A stretch of 64,000 nucleotides of DNA from an uncultured Methanosarcinaceae archaeon (GTDB lineage Archaea; Halobacteriota; Methanosarcinia; Methanosarcinales; Methanosarcinaceae): positions 32,001 to 96,000 of the forward strand of contig CAVRJG010000052.1 of assembly GCA_963721455.1 (NCBI GenBank), in the 5' to 3' direction. The notes beneath the pieces were generated by a model. It saw only the letters and a list, made by a program, of their open reading frames with translations, made no database searches and was not told the origin of the DNA. Of this stretch, positions 20,851-31,956 are shown in pieces (the first letter of the stretch is position 1; each line of letters begins with the position of its first letter). A program made the translations under genes and the position numbers.

Positions 20851-20875
20851 ATTTTATAAATTTGCTCATAAGTTT

Positions 20876-21388
20876 TTAAATATTCTCTTCACGAGAAGAC
20901 AGTTTATTAAGTTCTTCAATTTCTTCTTCTCCAAGTACCCTGGCAAGGTTCAGGAGAATAAGAAGCCTGTTCCCTGCTTTTCCGACCCCGGTTAAATACT
21001 CTGCATTAATTTTCGATTTAATCATTTCAGGGGTCGGTTCAATGGAAGAAAAAGGCAATCTCATGACCTCTTTTACGGAGTTTACAAGCATTCCGATGAC
21101 TGTGTCTCTGATCTCTACTATAATGATTCTGGATAGGCTGTCGGTTTCTTTCGAACTGAAACCGAGACGCTTGTTGAGGTCTATCACTACAAGAATTTTT
21201 CCTCGCAGGTTAATGAGTCCTTTTATGCATTCTGGAGCCTGAGGAATGCGCGTGATTCTCGGAACCGGAATAACTTCGGAGACCTGCATGATATCGACTC
21301 CGAACTCTTCGCCTGAAAGTTCAAAGGTTACTAAATGGAGATTTTCTTCCGAGAATCTTGAATTCTCTTTTAATGTTTCTTCAAACAT
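20876..21388 (-). CDS. cheW: Chemotaxis adaptor CheW
   Basis: LVTFEL...FGVDI...IPQAP...GLINLRG. Confidence 0.95.
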   Translation of the reverse strand: MFEETLKENSRFSEENLHLVTFELSGEEFGVDIMQVSEVIPVPRITRIPQAPECIKGLINLRGKILVVIDLNKRLGFSSKETDSLSRIIIVEIRDTVIGMLVNSVKEVMRLPFSSIEPTPEMIKSKINAEYLTGVGKAGNRLLILLNLARVLGEEEIEELNKLSSREENI

Positions 21389-21417
21389 TTGAATTCCTCA
21401 AACTAATTCAGATAATA

Positions 21418-23508
21418 TTAACCAGCCGCGTTTTCGGGTCCTTCTTTTGAGTTACCAAGCCTGAACTTTTCCGTAGCCTTTCTCATCTTTTCCCCGAGCA
21501 AAGAAAGATCACTGGCCATATTGGCAAGTTCTGACATTGAAGCACTCTGCTCTTCGAGAGCTGCAGCAGTTTCCTGGGTTCCTGCGGCGGATTGTTCTGA
21601 GATTGAGGAAATGTCTTCTAAGGTGGAAGTAATCTCTTCTATTGATGCGGACTGTTCCTCTGTAGCGGCTGCAACATCCTCTATCATATTCGTGATTTCA
21701 CTAATTGTGGAAACAATCCCTGTAACCATTTCAACCGCGTCGTTAACGGATAATGTGCCAATCTGCACGTCTTTTTTACTTGCTTCTATGCTTTCCACGG
21801 TGTCACTGATACTGTTTCTGATCTCATCGATTAACTTCGATATGTCCTTGGCAGCACGGCCTGATTCCTCGGCAAGTTTGCGGACTTCATCGGCTACAAC
21901 AGAGAAACCTCTGCCGTGTTCTCCCGCCCGTGCAGCCTCAATTGCAGCATTCAGCGCAAGCATATTTGTCTGATCCGCAACCCTGGTAATAAGAGTGACA
22001 ATCTCATTGATTTGTTGAGACTTGGAGTCCAGGTCCCTGATTACTTCCTCAGTTCCATCAACCGAGGAACGAATAAGGTCCATCTTTAACAGGACCTCTC
22101 TTGAAGCATTTCCGATATTCCCAACAGTATGATTGACAAGATTCGTGTTTTTAGAGACTTTCTGAGTATTATCCGCAATTTCCTGGATATTATGGGTCAT
22201 ATCCTGCATTGCATGAGTTATATCCACTATCTTTGTACTCTGAATTTCTGTTCCATTTGAGATTTCGGCTGCAGTATCAGAAATTTTCTTTGAAGCTGAA
22301 GCCACTTCCTCAGAAGAAGCAGACATTTCTTCCGAAAGTGTGGAAAGGTGAAGCGAACTTTCCTGAATTTCTTTAATTAAGCTGTGAAGGTTCTTAACCA
22401 TTGATTTAAAAGCTTCTGAGAGTTGAGAGATTTCACTCCTCGAACGTCCTTTAATCTCAACACCAAGGTCTCCTTCAGATATTCTGTCGGCCGCTTCAAG
22501 CAACTCATAGATGGGTTTTCTGTAGACTTTAAGAATCACAAAAACGAGTAAAGCTCCGATAAGAATCGAAAGAAAAGTAACCAGACGAATCTTGTTTATA
22601 GAACCAACGATCAGGGAGTTAAGCTTTTCTTTCTGATCAGCACTGGCAGCTTCAGCGACTTCTCCAACCTGTGCCGCTATAGTCGCCATATTATTCACTT
22701 CAACCGCTTTTGTCTCCTTAAGAACTTTCAGACGATCAAAATCTGTCTGGATCTCTTTAGCATTGGCAATTATTGTATTTCCGCGCTCAATATTTTCAGG
22801 TCTTACCAGCTGTTCATCCAGATTCTCAGTAGCTTTAATTATATCCCCCATACGCTGGTCAAATTTTTCAGCAGATTGATTTTCGAGAGTGATTATATAG
22901 TTCTGGTATTCATTCCGGGCATCCATTGCAAGTATGCTGATTTTCTGGGCTTCCTGCGCATTGGATAATTTTAGCTGAAGGACTTCACTTGAAGAACTGT
23001 TTTCTACATACTGTTGATATTGGATCATCTGATCTTCATACATCTCATTGGCTTTCTGCAGTATAATTTCGCCATTGGAGACGATGTCTGCTCTCAGAGC
23101 TATTTCTTCGTCATTTGTTTCAACATAGCTGTCAAAAGTTTCCCTAAAATTGCCGGAAGTTGCCAGAATAGAATCCATACGGCCCTGATTTACAGGATCA
23201 AGGTAATCAAGATATATTTCTTTGGATATGGCTGCCTGTGTGGGCACAAGGTCAAGATGGTTATAAACTTTTTCCTTGTAAATGGGGTCACCATGAATAA
23301 CATAACTTTCTTCCGCTTCCAGGGCTCCCTGCATATTGTTCATGATAAAGGTCATGTTTTGAATGGCTCGGCTCTTCTTTTCAACATCGTTCATGCCCTG
23401 ATAGCCTGTGTACCCGACAAAGCAGATCAAAACCAGAAGAAGAGCAAAGCCTATCACTACATGCCCTATTTTTGTGTTTTTATACATCTTTCCCACCTGT
23501 GCCTCCAA
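21418..23508 (-). CDS. Methyl-accepting chemotaxis protein
   Basis: Two TM helices, a HAMP domain and the signalling motif [35 protein letters not shown]. Confidence 0.95.
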   Translation of the reverse strand: MEAQVGKMYKNTKIGHVVIGFALLLVLICFVGYTGYQGMNDVEKKSRAIQNMTFIMNNMQGALEAEESYVIHGDPIYKEKVYNHLDLVPTQAAISKEIYLDYLDPVNQGRMDSILATSGNFRETFDSYVETNDEEIALRADIVSNGEIILQKANEMYEDQMIQYQQYVENSSSSEVLQLKLSNAQEAQKISILAMDARNEYQNYIITLENQSAEKFDQRMGDIIKATENLDEQLVRPENIERGNTIIANAKEIQTDFDRLKVLKETKAVEVNNMATIAAQVGEVAEAASADQKEKLNSLIVGSINKIRLVTFLSILIGALLVFVILKVYRKPIYELLEAADRISEGDLGVEIKGRSRSEISQLSEAFKSMVKNLHSLIKEIQESSLHLSTLSEEMSASSEEVASASKKISDTAAEISNGTEIQSTKIVDITHAMQDMTHNIQEIADNTQKVSKNTNLVNHTVGNIGNASREVLLKMDLIRSSVDGTEEVIRDLDSKSQQINEIVTLITRVADQTNMLALNAAIEAARAGEHGRGFSVVADEVRKLAEESGRAAKDISKLIDEIRNSISDTVESIEASKKDVQIGTLSVNDAVEMVTGIVSTISEITNMIEDVAAATEEQSASIEEITSTLEDISSISEQSAAGTQETAAALEEQSASMSELANMASDLSLLGEKMRKATEKFRLGNSKEGPENAAG

Positions 23509-23651
23509 CTCCTCCGCCTCTATACCTTTTCTATCGGCAATTGAGCTATTAACCTGTCAGCGGCACCTGCTGAGGAAGGGTAGAAGGGCGGAAATGCCTC
23601 TATAAGAAATTGTCTGATTTTCCCAACTAATTACCAAACAGATTGTTGTTT

Positions 23652-24032
23652 TCAATGAAGAGAGTTTGTCATTGTAAGAAACTCTTCGACATGTGACCCG
23701 AAATTGCCAAAGTTTATGGGTTTGGCAAGAACAGCGCAACATCCGGCTTTAAGGAACTGCTCTTTACTTTCGGGATCACAGTGTCCTGTGACTGCAACTA
23801 CTCTTATGTTCCGGGTTTCAGGATTGAGTCTTATTCTTCGAAGCAGTTCAAGGCCGTGCATCTTCGGAAGCTCCATATCAAGCAACACCAGATCAATCTT
23901 CGTTCCATTGAGAATTTCGAGAGCTTCAAAACCATTTTTTGCCTTTTTCGGCTCATATCCAAAGGACTTCAGCAAGTCTGCTTCGATCACCAGATTAAGT
24001 AAATTATCTTCAACAATCAGGATTTCAGACAC
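23652..24032 (-). CDS. Single-domain response regulator (DivK-like receiver)
   Basis: ILIVEDN, LLDMELP, AVTG and KP motifs. GTG start. Confidence 0.88.
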   Translation of the reverse strand: MSEILIVEDNLLNLVIEADLLKSFGYEPKKAKNGFEALEILNGTKIDLVLLDMELPKMHGLELLRRIRLNPETRNIRVVAVTGHCDPESKEQFLKAGCCAVLAKPINFGNFGSHVEEFLTMTNSLH

Positions 24033-25308
24033 TTAAATCAACTCCCGGGGGTTGCTTGAAGATTTATGTAAATAATGTTCTGCCACAGAGGTAATTGAAC
24101 AGCGAATCTACCCTGGGAAATGTGAAACCGGAAAATATGAAGTAAATTCCTTTCATTTATATATTAAATGCATGCACTTCCAGACCTACAAATTACACCG
24201 AGGTTAATTTCGCAATTTACTAAGTAATGTATAAAGTACGAGGAATATAAACTTATTTGCTAACTACATATGCCATATTTTTAATATACAAATAGCGATA
24301 AAAATAATTTATTTAGACTTAAGTATTATTTCAGGGGAAAAGATTCAAAAGAATGATTTCAGGGAAAAAGATTCAAAAGAATGTCAAATTAAGTTTAAAA
24401 CAAATACCATTAACATTCTTATTTTTGAAAACAAATGCCATTAATATTTTTATATTAACCTTAGTTAGACAGTATAAATTCCATTTAGTTAGAAACCTCA
24501 TTTTTCGTCAAAAATCATTTGACAGAATACAAAAATTATATCAAACTTACCTCTGATTTGCTGGTTTTTCAGCCCCAAAGCCTCTAAAAAATGAAGGAGT
24601 GAAGATTTTTTGTTCCATTTTAGCCTTTTTGGCATATAATTTTTTGTACAGTATCTATATTTTGTCCGTTATCTATACGATCTGTCAAATTCAATACCAA
24701 AAATTTGATTAAAAATTAAGAAAATAACCATCAAGAGAAAGAGAATCATCTGTCAAATAGAATCATAAAAAATGGGTCAAAAATTTGTTGACCATAATAT
24801 TACTTCTTCATTCCTATCAGATATGAAAACATTCTTCCTCATTCCTATCAGATATGAAAACATTCTTCCAACAAAAAAATCAAACTGTCAAATTCGCGTA
24901 TTAAATCTACAGATCAAATCCGAATACGGTTAAAGAATGAGAAAGGACCTGCAACTTTTGCAAATAGTTTGTTAACGTCCCAATTACCCCATCCTCTGGA
25001 CAATTTAAAACTCTATAATTTGCTAAAGATAATTAAAAAAGTTTAATATAGCAGGTCTTGTATATATTTTTCTACACAATTGGGACAGAACCGTCTTAAC
25101 AAGAAAACTTGCGTTGGTTGGATTTGTTAACCTTCAGCAACTTTTCAATTGAAGTCCTTTGATTCATAGCATTGATTTATGAAGAATAAGCAGGCAAGAG
25201 GCGAGATTCGGCACAGATAGGAGTAAGGTGTCGGAACATTCCAAAAAATAGGAGTGTGAAATATTATCTGATATCGTCGCTTGTTCAAGAGTAAAAGAAG
25301 GGAAATGC

Positions 25309-25674
25309 ATGGCCAGAGTTATGATCGTGGACGATGCCGAATTCATGCGAATGATAATTAGAGACATTCTTTTAATGCATGGACATGAAGTGGTCGCTGA
25401 GGTCGGTGATGGGGAAGAGGCAATTCAAACGTATCTGGAAGTAAAGCCTGATCTTGTGTTAATGGATATAATTATGCCGGATATGGATGGAAAAGAGGCA
25501 TTGAAAAAACTTCTTGTTATGGACCCGGAGGCAAAAGTAGTAATGTGCTCTTCCCTTGGGCAGCAGGCCCTGATAACAGAGTCAATGAAAATAGGCGCTA
25601 TGGGTTTTATAGTAAAACCTTTTGAATCTGATGGGATGCTGGATGTAATAAGGAAAATCGCTGAACCAAATTAG
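25309..25674 (+). CDS. cheY: Chemotaxis response regulator CheY (ends in TAG)
   Basis: VDDAEFMR, LMDIIMP, CSSLGQ and KPF. First gene of the cheYBARCD run. Confidence 0.93.
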   Translation: MARVMIVDDAEFMRMIIRDILLMHGHEVVAEVGDGEEAIQTYLEVKPDLVLMDIIMPDMDGKEALKKLLVMDPEAKVVMCSSLGQQALITESMKIGAMGFIVKPFESDGMLDVIRKIAEPN

Positions 25675-25695
25675 ACCGCTTTGTGCCTGCTATTA

Positions 25696-25890
25696 AATCA
25701 AACAGATATTAATCAAACAGATATTAATCAAACAGATATTAATCAAACAGATATTAATCAAACAGATATTAATCAAACAGATATTAATCAAACAGATATT
25801 AATCAAACTGATATTGATCAAACTGATATTGATCAAACTGATATTGATCAAACGGATGTTGATCAAACAGATGTTGATCAAACAGATATT
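25696..25890. repeat. Tandem repeat, 13 x 15 bp (AATCAAACAGATATT and variants)
   Basis: Reads as (N/D)QTD(I/V) x13 in frame with cheY. Confidence 0.92.
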
Positions 25891-25983
25891 ATAGTCAACA
25901 CAGGAAATATTTACAAATATAAACAAGCGTAATAACCGTAAATTACACTCTAAAAGTGCAGTTAATTGTTTAGTTGACTATAT

Positions 25984-26079
25984 TCAAATTATTAAATCAA
26001 ATTATTAAATCAAATTATTAAATCAAATTATTAAATCAAATTATTAAATCAAATTATTAAATCAAATTATTAAATCAAA
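25984..26079. repeat. Tandem repeat, about 7 x 13 bp (TCAAATTATTAAA)
   Basis: Directly upstream of cheB. Confidence 0.9.
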
Positions 26080-26098
26080 CTCTATATCTAACGAAAAA

Positions 26099-27193
26099 GT
26101 GCTTGAGATGACTATCCGCGCACTCATAGTAGACGATTCTGCTCTAATCCGTAAGCTCCTTTCCGATATTCTTAGTGAAGACCCGGATATCAGGGTCATA
26201 GGAACTGCAGTTAATGGAAGAGACGGTCTCGAAAAAATAGAGAAACTAAGGCCTGATGTCGTTCTTCTAGACAATGTTATGCCTGTTCTTGACGGTCTTA
26301 AGACTCTTGCCCGGATTATGAAGGAGTATCCGGTCCCTGTAGTAATAGTTTCAGCCTTTGGGGAGAAGGCTGAAGAGATTACACTTACAGCCTTTGAATA
26401 TGGAGCAGTGGATGTAATCCAGAAACCCGACGGAATTCTCAGCCAGAGCATGCCAGACATGGCAGAAGAAATTTGCAGAAAAGTCAGGGCAGCTGCAAAA
26501 GCCAACCTTGAAAACCTGGAATGCATGCGAAATCGCGAACTGGAAAAGCTGGAAATAAATGAAAAGAAAGAAAGAAAAGAAGAAAGAAAGTCCCTGAAAA
26601 AAACGGTTTCCGTGAGAAACATTCTTGCAATAGGCGCATCCACCGGAGGCCCAAGAGCCCTGGAGAAACTTATAAGTTCATTTCCTGCAGACATCCCTGC
26701 TGCCGTCCTGGTGGTACAGCACATGCCTGCAGGTTTTACAGCATCTCTTTCTAAAAGGCTTGATTCTAAATCGGCTCTCAGGGTAAAAGAGGCGCAGGAA
26801 GGGGATACGGTAGAGGAAGGAACTGTACTCGTGGCCCCTGGAAACTATCATATGGAAATCATAAAGAAGATCGTAGACTGTCGTAAAAAAGAGGTAGTGC
26901 ACCTGTCCTGCAGCCCGAAAGAGCTTGGATCAAGGCCGTCAGTAAATGCCCTTTTCAGGTCTATTGCCCCGATTTACGGCCCCAAAGTCATTTCCCTGAT
27001 CCTGACGGGGATGAACTGCGATGGTGCGGATGGGGCTGAAGAAATCAAAAAAATGGGAGGGAAAGTAATTGCTGAAGCCCGAAGCTCATGTGTAATTTAC
27101 GGGATGCCGGGAGAAATTGTGAGGCGAAAGCTGGCAGATTTTGTGCTTCCTCTGGATGAAATGGCCGACGAAATTATAAAAATAATAGGCTGA
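26099..27193 (+). CDS. cheB: Protein-glutamate methylesterase CheB
   Basis: Receiver domain plus GASTGGP, QHMP, RPSV and LTGM motifs. Confidence 0.95.
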   Translation: MLEMTIRALIVDDSALIRKLLSDILSEDPDIRVIGTAVNGRDGLEKIEKLRPDVVLLDNVMPVLDGLKTLARIMKEYPVPVVIVSAFGEKAEEITLTAFEYGAVDVIQKPDGILSQSMPDMAEEICRKVRAAAKANLENLECMRNRELEKLEINEKKERKEERKSLKKTVSVRNILAIGASTGGPRALEKLISSFPADIPAAVLVVQHMPAGFTASLSKRLDSKSALRVKEAQEGDTVEEGTVLVAPGNYHMEIIKKIVDCRKKEVVHLSCSPKELGSRPSVNALFRSIAPIYGPKVISLILTGMNCDGADGAEEIKKMGGKVIAEARSSCVIYGMPGEIVRRKLADFVLPLDEMADEIIKIIG

Positions 27194-27329
27194 CTTTTCG
27201 AACTAAAAAACTGTCTAATTTCTAAAGGTTAATTCTTCGTACCGGATTTCTGTATTGAAAAATCATTCGAAAAAGGAAAAATACAAGAAAAAGGAAAAAT
27301 ACGAACTTTCACACAGGCAGGGAAAAATT

Positions 27330-29261
27330 ATGGATATGTCAAAATATATGGGCATTTTCAGGGCAGAGTCTGAAAAATACATCAAAGAGATGAGCGATTC
27401 CCTGCTGGCGCTTGAGAAAGATCCTGAAAATACGGAACAAATGAATACGATATTTCGTGCAGCCCATACATTCAAAGGCATGGCTGCAACGATGGGATTC
27501 AAAGAAATTGTCGAATTAACGCATGAAATGGAAAGCCTGATAGACAGGCTGCGCACACGGCAACTTATACTGAATTCGTCTTTAATTGACATTCTTTTCA
27601 TATGTGTGGATGCCCTTGAGGGGCTTGTAGAAAATGCCTGCGAGGATCAGGGAAATGGATCTGAAAAAAGAAAAAAAGACACCGGTAATACATACAAATC
27701 TTATCCTGATACCCGCGAGGTGCTGAGAACCTTAAAGGCTGTGGATAAGCTTCCAAAAAAAGCCTGCATTCGAAAAGATGAAGATATACCCCTGTCTGTA
27801 AAGATAAAAGAAAGTGAAATAGAAGAAAGTGAAGAAAAAAGCCGCGAAATAGAAGAAAGTGAAATAAAAGACGGTGAAGAAAAAGGCTGTGAAACAGAAG
27901 ATAGAGAAATAAAAAACGGTGAAGAAAAAGGCTGTGAAACAGAAGATAGAGAAATAAAAGACGGTGAAGAAAAAGGATGTGAAATAAAAGACAGTGAAGA
28001 CAGAAAAGTTTCAGAAATTGAAGAAACCCGTACAGATAAAAGAATTTCAAAAGGAATTTATCAAGCAGAAACAGAAGGAAAAACCCCCGCGTCTCCAAAA
28101 TCGGATCTTAAAATAAAAACTATTCAGAGTTCAAGAATCAGCACAGAAAAGCTCGATAAATTGATGAATCTTGTGGGCGAGCTCGTGATTAACAGAAGCA
28201 GGATAAACGAGCTTACAGGCAACCTGAAATCTAAGGAACTGGAACTTGCACTTTCTGAGTTCTACAAGCTAACAAGAGAACTCCAGGATGAGGTAATAGA
28301 GGCAAGGATGGTGCCTCTGGATCATATAACCTATATTTATCCCAGAATGGTAAGAGACCTTGCACGAGCGCAAAATAAAGAAATCGATTTTATAATCAAA
28401 GGGAAAGAAATCAAGCTCGACAGAACCATCCTTGAAGAAATCGGGGATTCCCTGGTGCACCTGTTAAGAAATGCAGTTGACCACGGAATCGAAGTCCCGG
28501 AAAGGCGTGAGGAACTTGGGAAAAAAAAGGCTGGCACGATACTGATTACAGCTTCAAGGCAGGAAAACTTTGCCCTTATCAAAATCGAAGATGATGGACG
28601 CGGAATAGACACAGAAGAAATCCGGAAAGTTGCATTAAAAACAGGAATTCTCTCAAGAGAGAGGGCGGAACAGCTTCAGGAAAGGGAAGCAATGCAGTTG
28701 ATTTTTACTCCCGGATTCAGTACTTCCAGCAGCGTTACCGATATCTCCGGAAGGGGAATTGGGATGGATGTTGTAAAATATAAAATCGAACGCCTTGGGG
28801 GGTCAGTAAATGTCGAGTCGAAACCCGGTTTTGGTTCCAGATTCGAATTGAAACTGCCTCTAACCATTGCTGTTTATCAGGCTATGCTAATCAGAGTCGG
28901 AAAGGAAAAATATGCAATTCCCTTCACAAGTATAATAAAAAATATCGAAATCAGCACACGAGAAGTCAGGCATATCAAAGGAGAAGAAGCTATTATAATA
29001 AATAATAAAATTATCCCGCTTCTGAGATTGCAGAGGTTGTTCCAGCTGCCTGTTCAGGAAGAAAAAAACATTTTCATAGTCATTGTTGAAAAATTTGGGC
29101 AATCCATTGGAATAGTTGTGGATGAATTGCTTGGAAAACAGGAAGTAATTGTAAAAAGCTTTAAAAGTAGGCTTATCGAGACTACCAGAGGATTTGCAGG
29201 AGCTACAATTCTGGGTGACGGAAACGTTGTTTTAATAATCGATGTTAACTCCCTGATTTGA
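27330..29261 (+). CDS. cheA: Chemotaxis histidine kinase CheA
   Basis: Hpt FRAAHTFKG, LMNLVGEL, HLLRNAVDHG, DDGRG, GRGIGMDVV and a C-terminal CheW domain. Likely start MDMSKY at 27330. Confidence 0.95.
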   Translation: MDMSKYMGIFRAESEKYIKEMSDSLLALEKDPENTEQMNTIFRAAHTFKGMAATMGFKEIVELTHEMESLIDRLRTRQLILNSSLIDILFICVDALEGLVENACEDQGNGSEKRKKDTGNTYKSYPDTREVLRTLKAVDKLPKKACIRKDEDIPLSVKIKESEIEESEEKSREIEESEIKDGEEKGCETEDREIKNGEEKGCETEDREIKDGEEKGCEIKDSEDRKVSEIEETRTDKRISKGIYQAETEGKTPASPKSDLKIKTIQSSRISTEKLDKLMNLVGELVINRSRINELTGNLKSKELELALSEFYKLTRELQDEVIEARMVPLDHITYIYPRMVRDLARAQNKEIDFIIKGKEIKLDRTILEEIGDSLVHLLRNAVDHGIEVPERREELGKKKAGTILITASRQENFALIKIEDDGRGIDTEEIRKVALKTGILSRERAEQLQEREAMQLIFTPGFSTSSSVTDISGRGIGMDVVKYKIERLGGSVNVESKPGFGSRFELKLPLTIAVYQAMLIRVGKEKYAIPFTSIIKNIEISTREVRHIKGEEAIIINNKIIPLLRLQRLFQLPVQEEKNIFIVIVEKFGQSIGIVVDELLGKQEVIVKSFKSRLIETTRGFAGATILGDGNVVLIIDVNSLI

Positions 29262-29297
29262 TGCCATGTAAAATTGAGAAGAGCCGCAGGTGAAGAA

Positions 29298-30215
29298 ATG
29301 AGGGACGATCCCGTTAAAAAAGCAAGTGATAAAGAAATAAAGGCAGGTAGAAACCTGGAGGAAGACCCAGGTTTTGAGCTGTTAAAGAAAATCGTTACTG
29401 AAAACACTGGCTTTAACTGTGAATACTACAAAGAGGCTCATTTCAGGCGCAGGATTAACGTACGCGTAAGAGCTACCAATTCCGAGAGTTATGGAGCGTA
29501 CCTGAAGCTTTTGAAAAAAGATCCGCGGGAATATGGATATCTGGTTGAGACGCTTACTGTAAACGTCAGTGAATTTTTCCGAAATGCCGAAACCTTCAGG
29601 ATAATCGAAAAGGAGATTATTCCTTCTATTGTTAAACACAGATCAGAATCACTGATACGATCAATCCGAATCTGGAGTGCAGGTTGTGCAGCAGGAGAAG
29701 AAGCCTATTCCCTTGCTATCCTGCTGCACAGGGTTCTGAAAACGGATTTTAATAAGTACAGGATAAGAATAATAGGTACGGATATTGATGCTCAGAGCCT
29801 TGAAAAAGCCAGAAAGGGGATCTATAGTGAAAATTCGCTTAAAAATGTTGATGCGGGTACTAAGGAACAATATTTCTTGAAGCAGGGAGAAGTATATCAG
29901 GTAATCGACCAGTTGAGGAATATAACGCATTTCAAGCACCACGATCTGATATCAGGCCCTAAAATAAATCATTTTGATATTATTATCTGTCGAAATGCAA
30001 TGATATACTTTAAAAAGGAAATTCAGGAACAACTACAGTTTAATTTTTATCAAGCCCTGGAAAAAGGAGGTTTTTTTGTAATCGGAAAGGCAGAAACACT
30101 GCTTGGGACTGCATCCGGCCTTTTTAAGCCTTACAATACAAGAGAGCGCCTGTACATAAAAGAAACTTCAAGGGACATTTATGGAAGAGATCAAGAACCT
30201 CATGGACTTAAGTGA
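29298..30215 (+). CDS. cheR: Chemotaxis methyltransferase CheR
   Basis: TVNVSEFFR, WSAGCAAGEEAYS, GTDID and ICRN. Start after a GGTGA RBS. Confidence 0.95.
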   Translation: MRDDPVKKASDKEIKAGRNLEEDPGFELLKKIVTENTGFNCEYYKEAHFRRRINVRVRATNSESYGAYLKLLKKDPREYGYLVETLTVNVSEFFRNAETFRIIEKEIIPSIVKHRSESLIRSIRIWSAGCAAGEEAYSLAILLHRVLKTDFNKYRIRIIGTDIDAQSLEKARKGIYSENSLKNVDAGTKEQYFLKQGEVYQVIDQLRNITHFKHHDLISGPKINHFDIIICRNAMIYFKKEIQEQLQFNFYQALEKGGFFVIGKAETLLGTASGLFKPYNTRERLYIKETSRDIYGRDQEPHGLK

Positions 30216-30819
30216 ATACGAATATGGGGCCCTGAAAGAGCTTGGAAATATCGGGATAGGGAATTCGGCAACTTCCCTCTATAATCTAACAAATAGCCTT
30301 GTCTGCACACGGGTTCTGGATGCGAAATTTGAGATAATTGAAGACATACCGAAAATAGCAGGTGTTTCGGAATCCCCAGTTCGGGGGGCACTCATGCACA
30401 TTGAAGGAGATCTGAACGGGTATATATTAATCTTCTTTCCCGAAAAAAGTGTAAGGAGCCTCTCCCTGATCCTTTCAGGTGAAGAAGGCGGAAAAGATCT
30501 GACTGACGCCATGAGCCACTCTTTAATGGAAGAAGTCAGCCATATCCTGGCAAGGACTTATGTAACTGCCCTTGCAAAATTTATGGACCTCAATATTTTG
30601 GTCTCAACGCCTTATACGGTTTATGACATGTTCGGCTCTATCCTGAACTCCGTACTCGCGGAAATGAGTTGTGAAACTGATTTTGCTCTCATACTCGATG
30701 CGGAGTTTCTGATAAAAGAAGAGAAAGTTTACGGAAACGTCTTGACTTTATTAGATCCTGCTTCCCTGGATTGCCTCTTAAAAAAGATTAACGAAATGCT
30801 TCGCCAAAAACCTGATTAG
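30181..30819 (+). CDS. cheC: Chemotaxis phosphatase CheC (ends in TAG)
   Basis: ALKELGNIGIGNSATSL, plus a second degenerate E-x-x-N/H motif. Confidence 0.9.
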   Translation: MEEIKNLMDLSEYEYGALKELGNIGIGNSATSLYNLTNSLVCTRVLDAKFEIIEDIPKIAGVSESPVRGALMHIEGDLNGYILIFFPEKSVRSLSLILSGEEGGKDLTDAMSHSLMEEVSHILARTYVTALAKFMDLNILVSTPYTVYDMFGSILNSVLAEMSCETDFALILDAEFLIKEEKVYGNVLTLLDPASLDCLLKKINEMLRQKPD

Positions 30820-30986
30820 CCGAGTATCTGACTTATAATAAATTATCCATGAAAACATATTAAGAAATATATTTCCTCAGAAATCTGGCTTTTGTACCCG
30901 ATTCAAATAGAACTCAGCAGGCTAAGGACAAACTCAAAATCATTTTCAGGTCAGGGAGATTTCTAAATCAGGGAGGCTTTTTCAAA

Positions 30987-31466
30987 GTGGCCGATTCAGG
31001 CATAGTTATAGTGGGCATAGGAGATTGCGGACTAGCCAGAAGTCCGGTGAAAATTAAGACCTTCGGATTGGGCTCATGTGTAGGTATAACACTCTATGAC
31101 CGGCATGAGAAAATCGGCGGGCTTGTCCATGCGATGCTTCCGACTATAAATTACGCACGGATAAAAGATAATCCCCTGAAATTTACAGATTCCGGGATAG
31201 AGTATCTCGTAGAGGAGATCGTAAGAAAGGGCTCTTCCAGAAAAAAGCTTGAAGCGAAACTTGTAGGAGGAGCCCATATGTTTGAAAACCGGCACATGAA
31301 TATAGGTGAAAGAAATGTAAAATGGGCCAGAGATACCCTGAAAAGGCTTGAAATACCAGTCGTAGCTGAGGATACCGGCAAAAATTACGGGCGCACGATT
31401 ATCCTTGATACCTCTACTGGCGACCTCCTCGTAAGAACTATTCTGAGAGGAGATAAAGTAATCTGA
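30987..31466 (+). CDS. cheD: Chemoreceptor glutamine deamidase CheD
   Basis: [26 protein letters not shown] and DTG motifs. Confidence 0.95.
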   Translation: MADSGIVIVGIGDCGLARSPVKIKTFGLGSCVGITLYDRHEKIGGLVHAMLPTINYARIKDNPLKFTDSGIEYLVEEIVRKGSSRKKLEAKLVGGAHMFENRHMNIGERNVKWARDTLKRLEIPVVAEDTGKNYGRTIILDTSTGDLLVRTILRGDKVI

Positions 31467-31780
31467 AAGGGAATAAACCTGCTTTTACCTCTTTACCGGT
31501 TTAGCTATTATTAAGCTCCTATTGAGAGACATTCTGGAGTCTATTGAGCAGCTAATTTTTAGTTCTTCAACTTTTCTCTGAAAAATTATATATTTGATAT
31601 AAATATTATAATTGACATTATTAACCCCATTAATAAAGCAGAAAAAATAGAAGTAGCATAAAACTTTAAGTGTATGTCTGAGATTAAGTAACACTTTGAG
31701 TAAGTACTATATTCTATGTTGTTCTGTAAGGTATCTGGAAGGTTCTGAAAGATTATAGAGGACTGAAAAAGCAGAAACGA

Positions 31781-31921
31781 TCAAGCCTGACTATTCGTAA
31801 ACAAATCATAAGGAAAGGTCAAACCTGACTATTCGTAAACTAATCATAAGGAAAGGTCAAACCTGACTATTCGTAAACTAATCATAAGGAAAGGTCAAGC
31901 CTGACTATTCGTAAACTAATC
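31781..31921. repeat. Tandem repeat, 3.7 x 38 bp, in the ftr leader
   Basis: TCAA(A/G)CCTGACTATTCGTAAACTAATCATAAGGAAAGG units at 31781, 31819, 31857 and 31895. Confidence 0.9.
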
Positions 31922-31956
31922 GCAAGATAACAATAATAAGCAAATGAGGGATTTTT

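Noticed and set aside
30817-30831. Read-through of the cheC TAG stop
   Set aside because: An in-frame TGA follows three codons later, so the extension would be trivial.
31781-31921. 38-bp repeats (and the 28-bp repeats at 3273) as a CRISPR array
   Set aside because: The units are contiguous with no unique spacers, and there are no cas genes.
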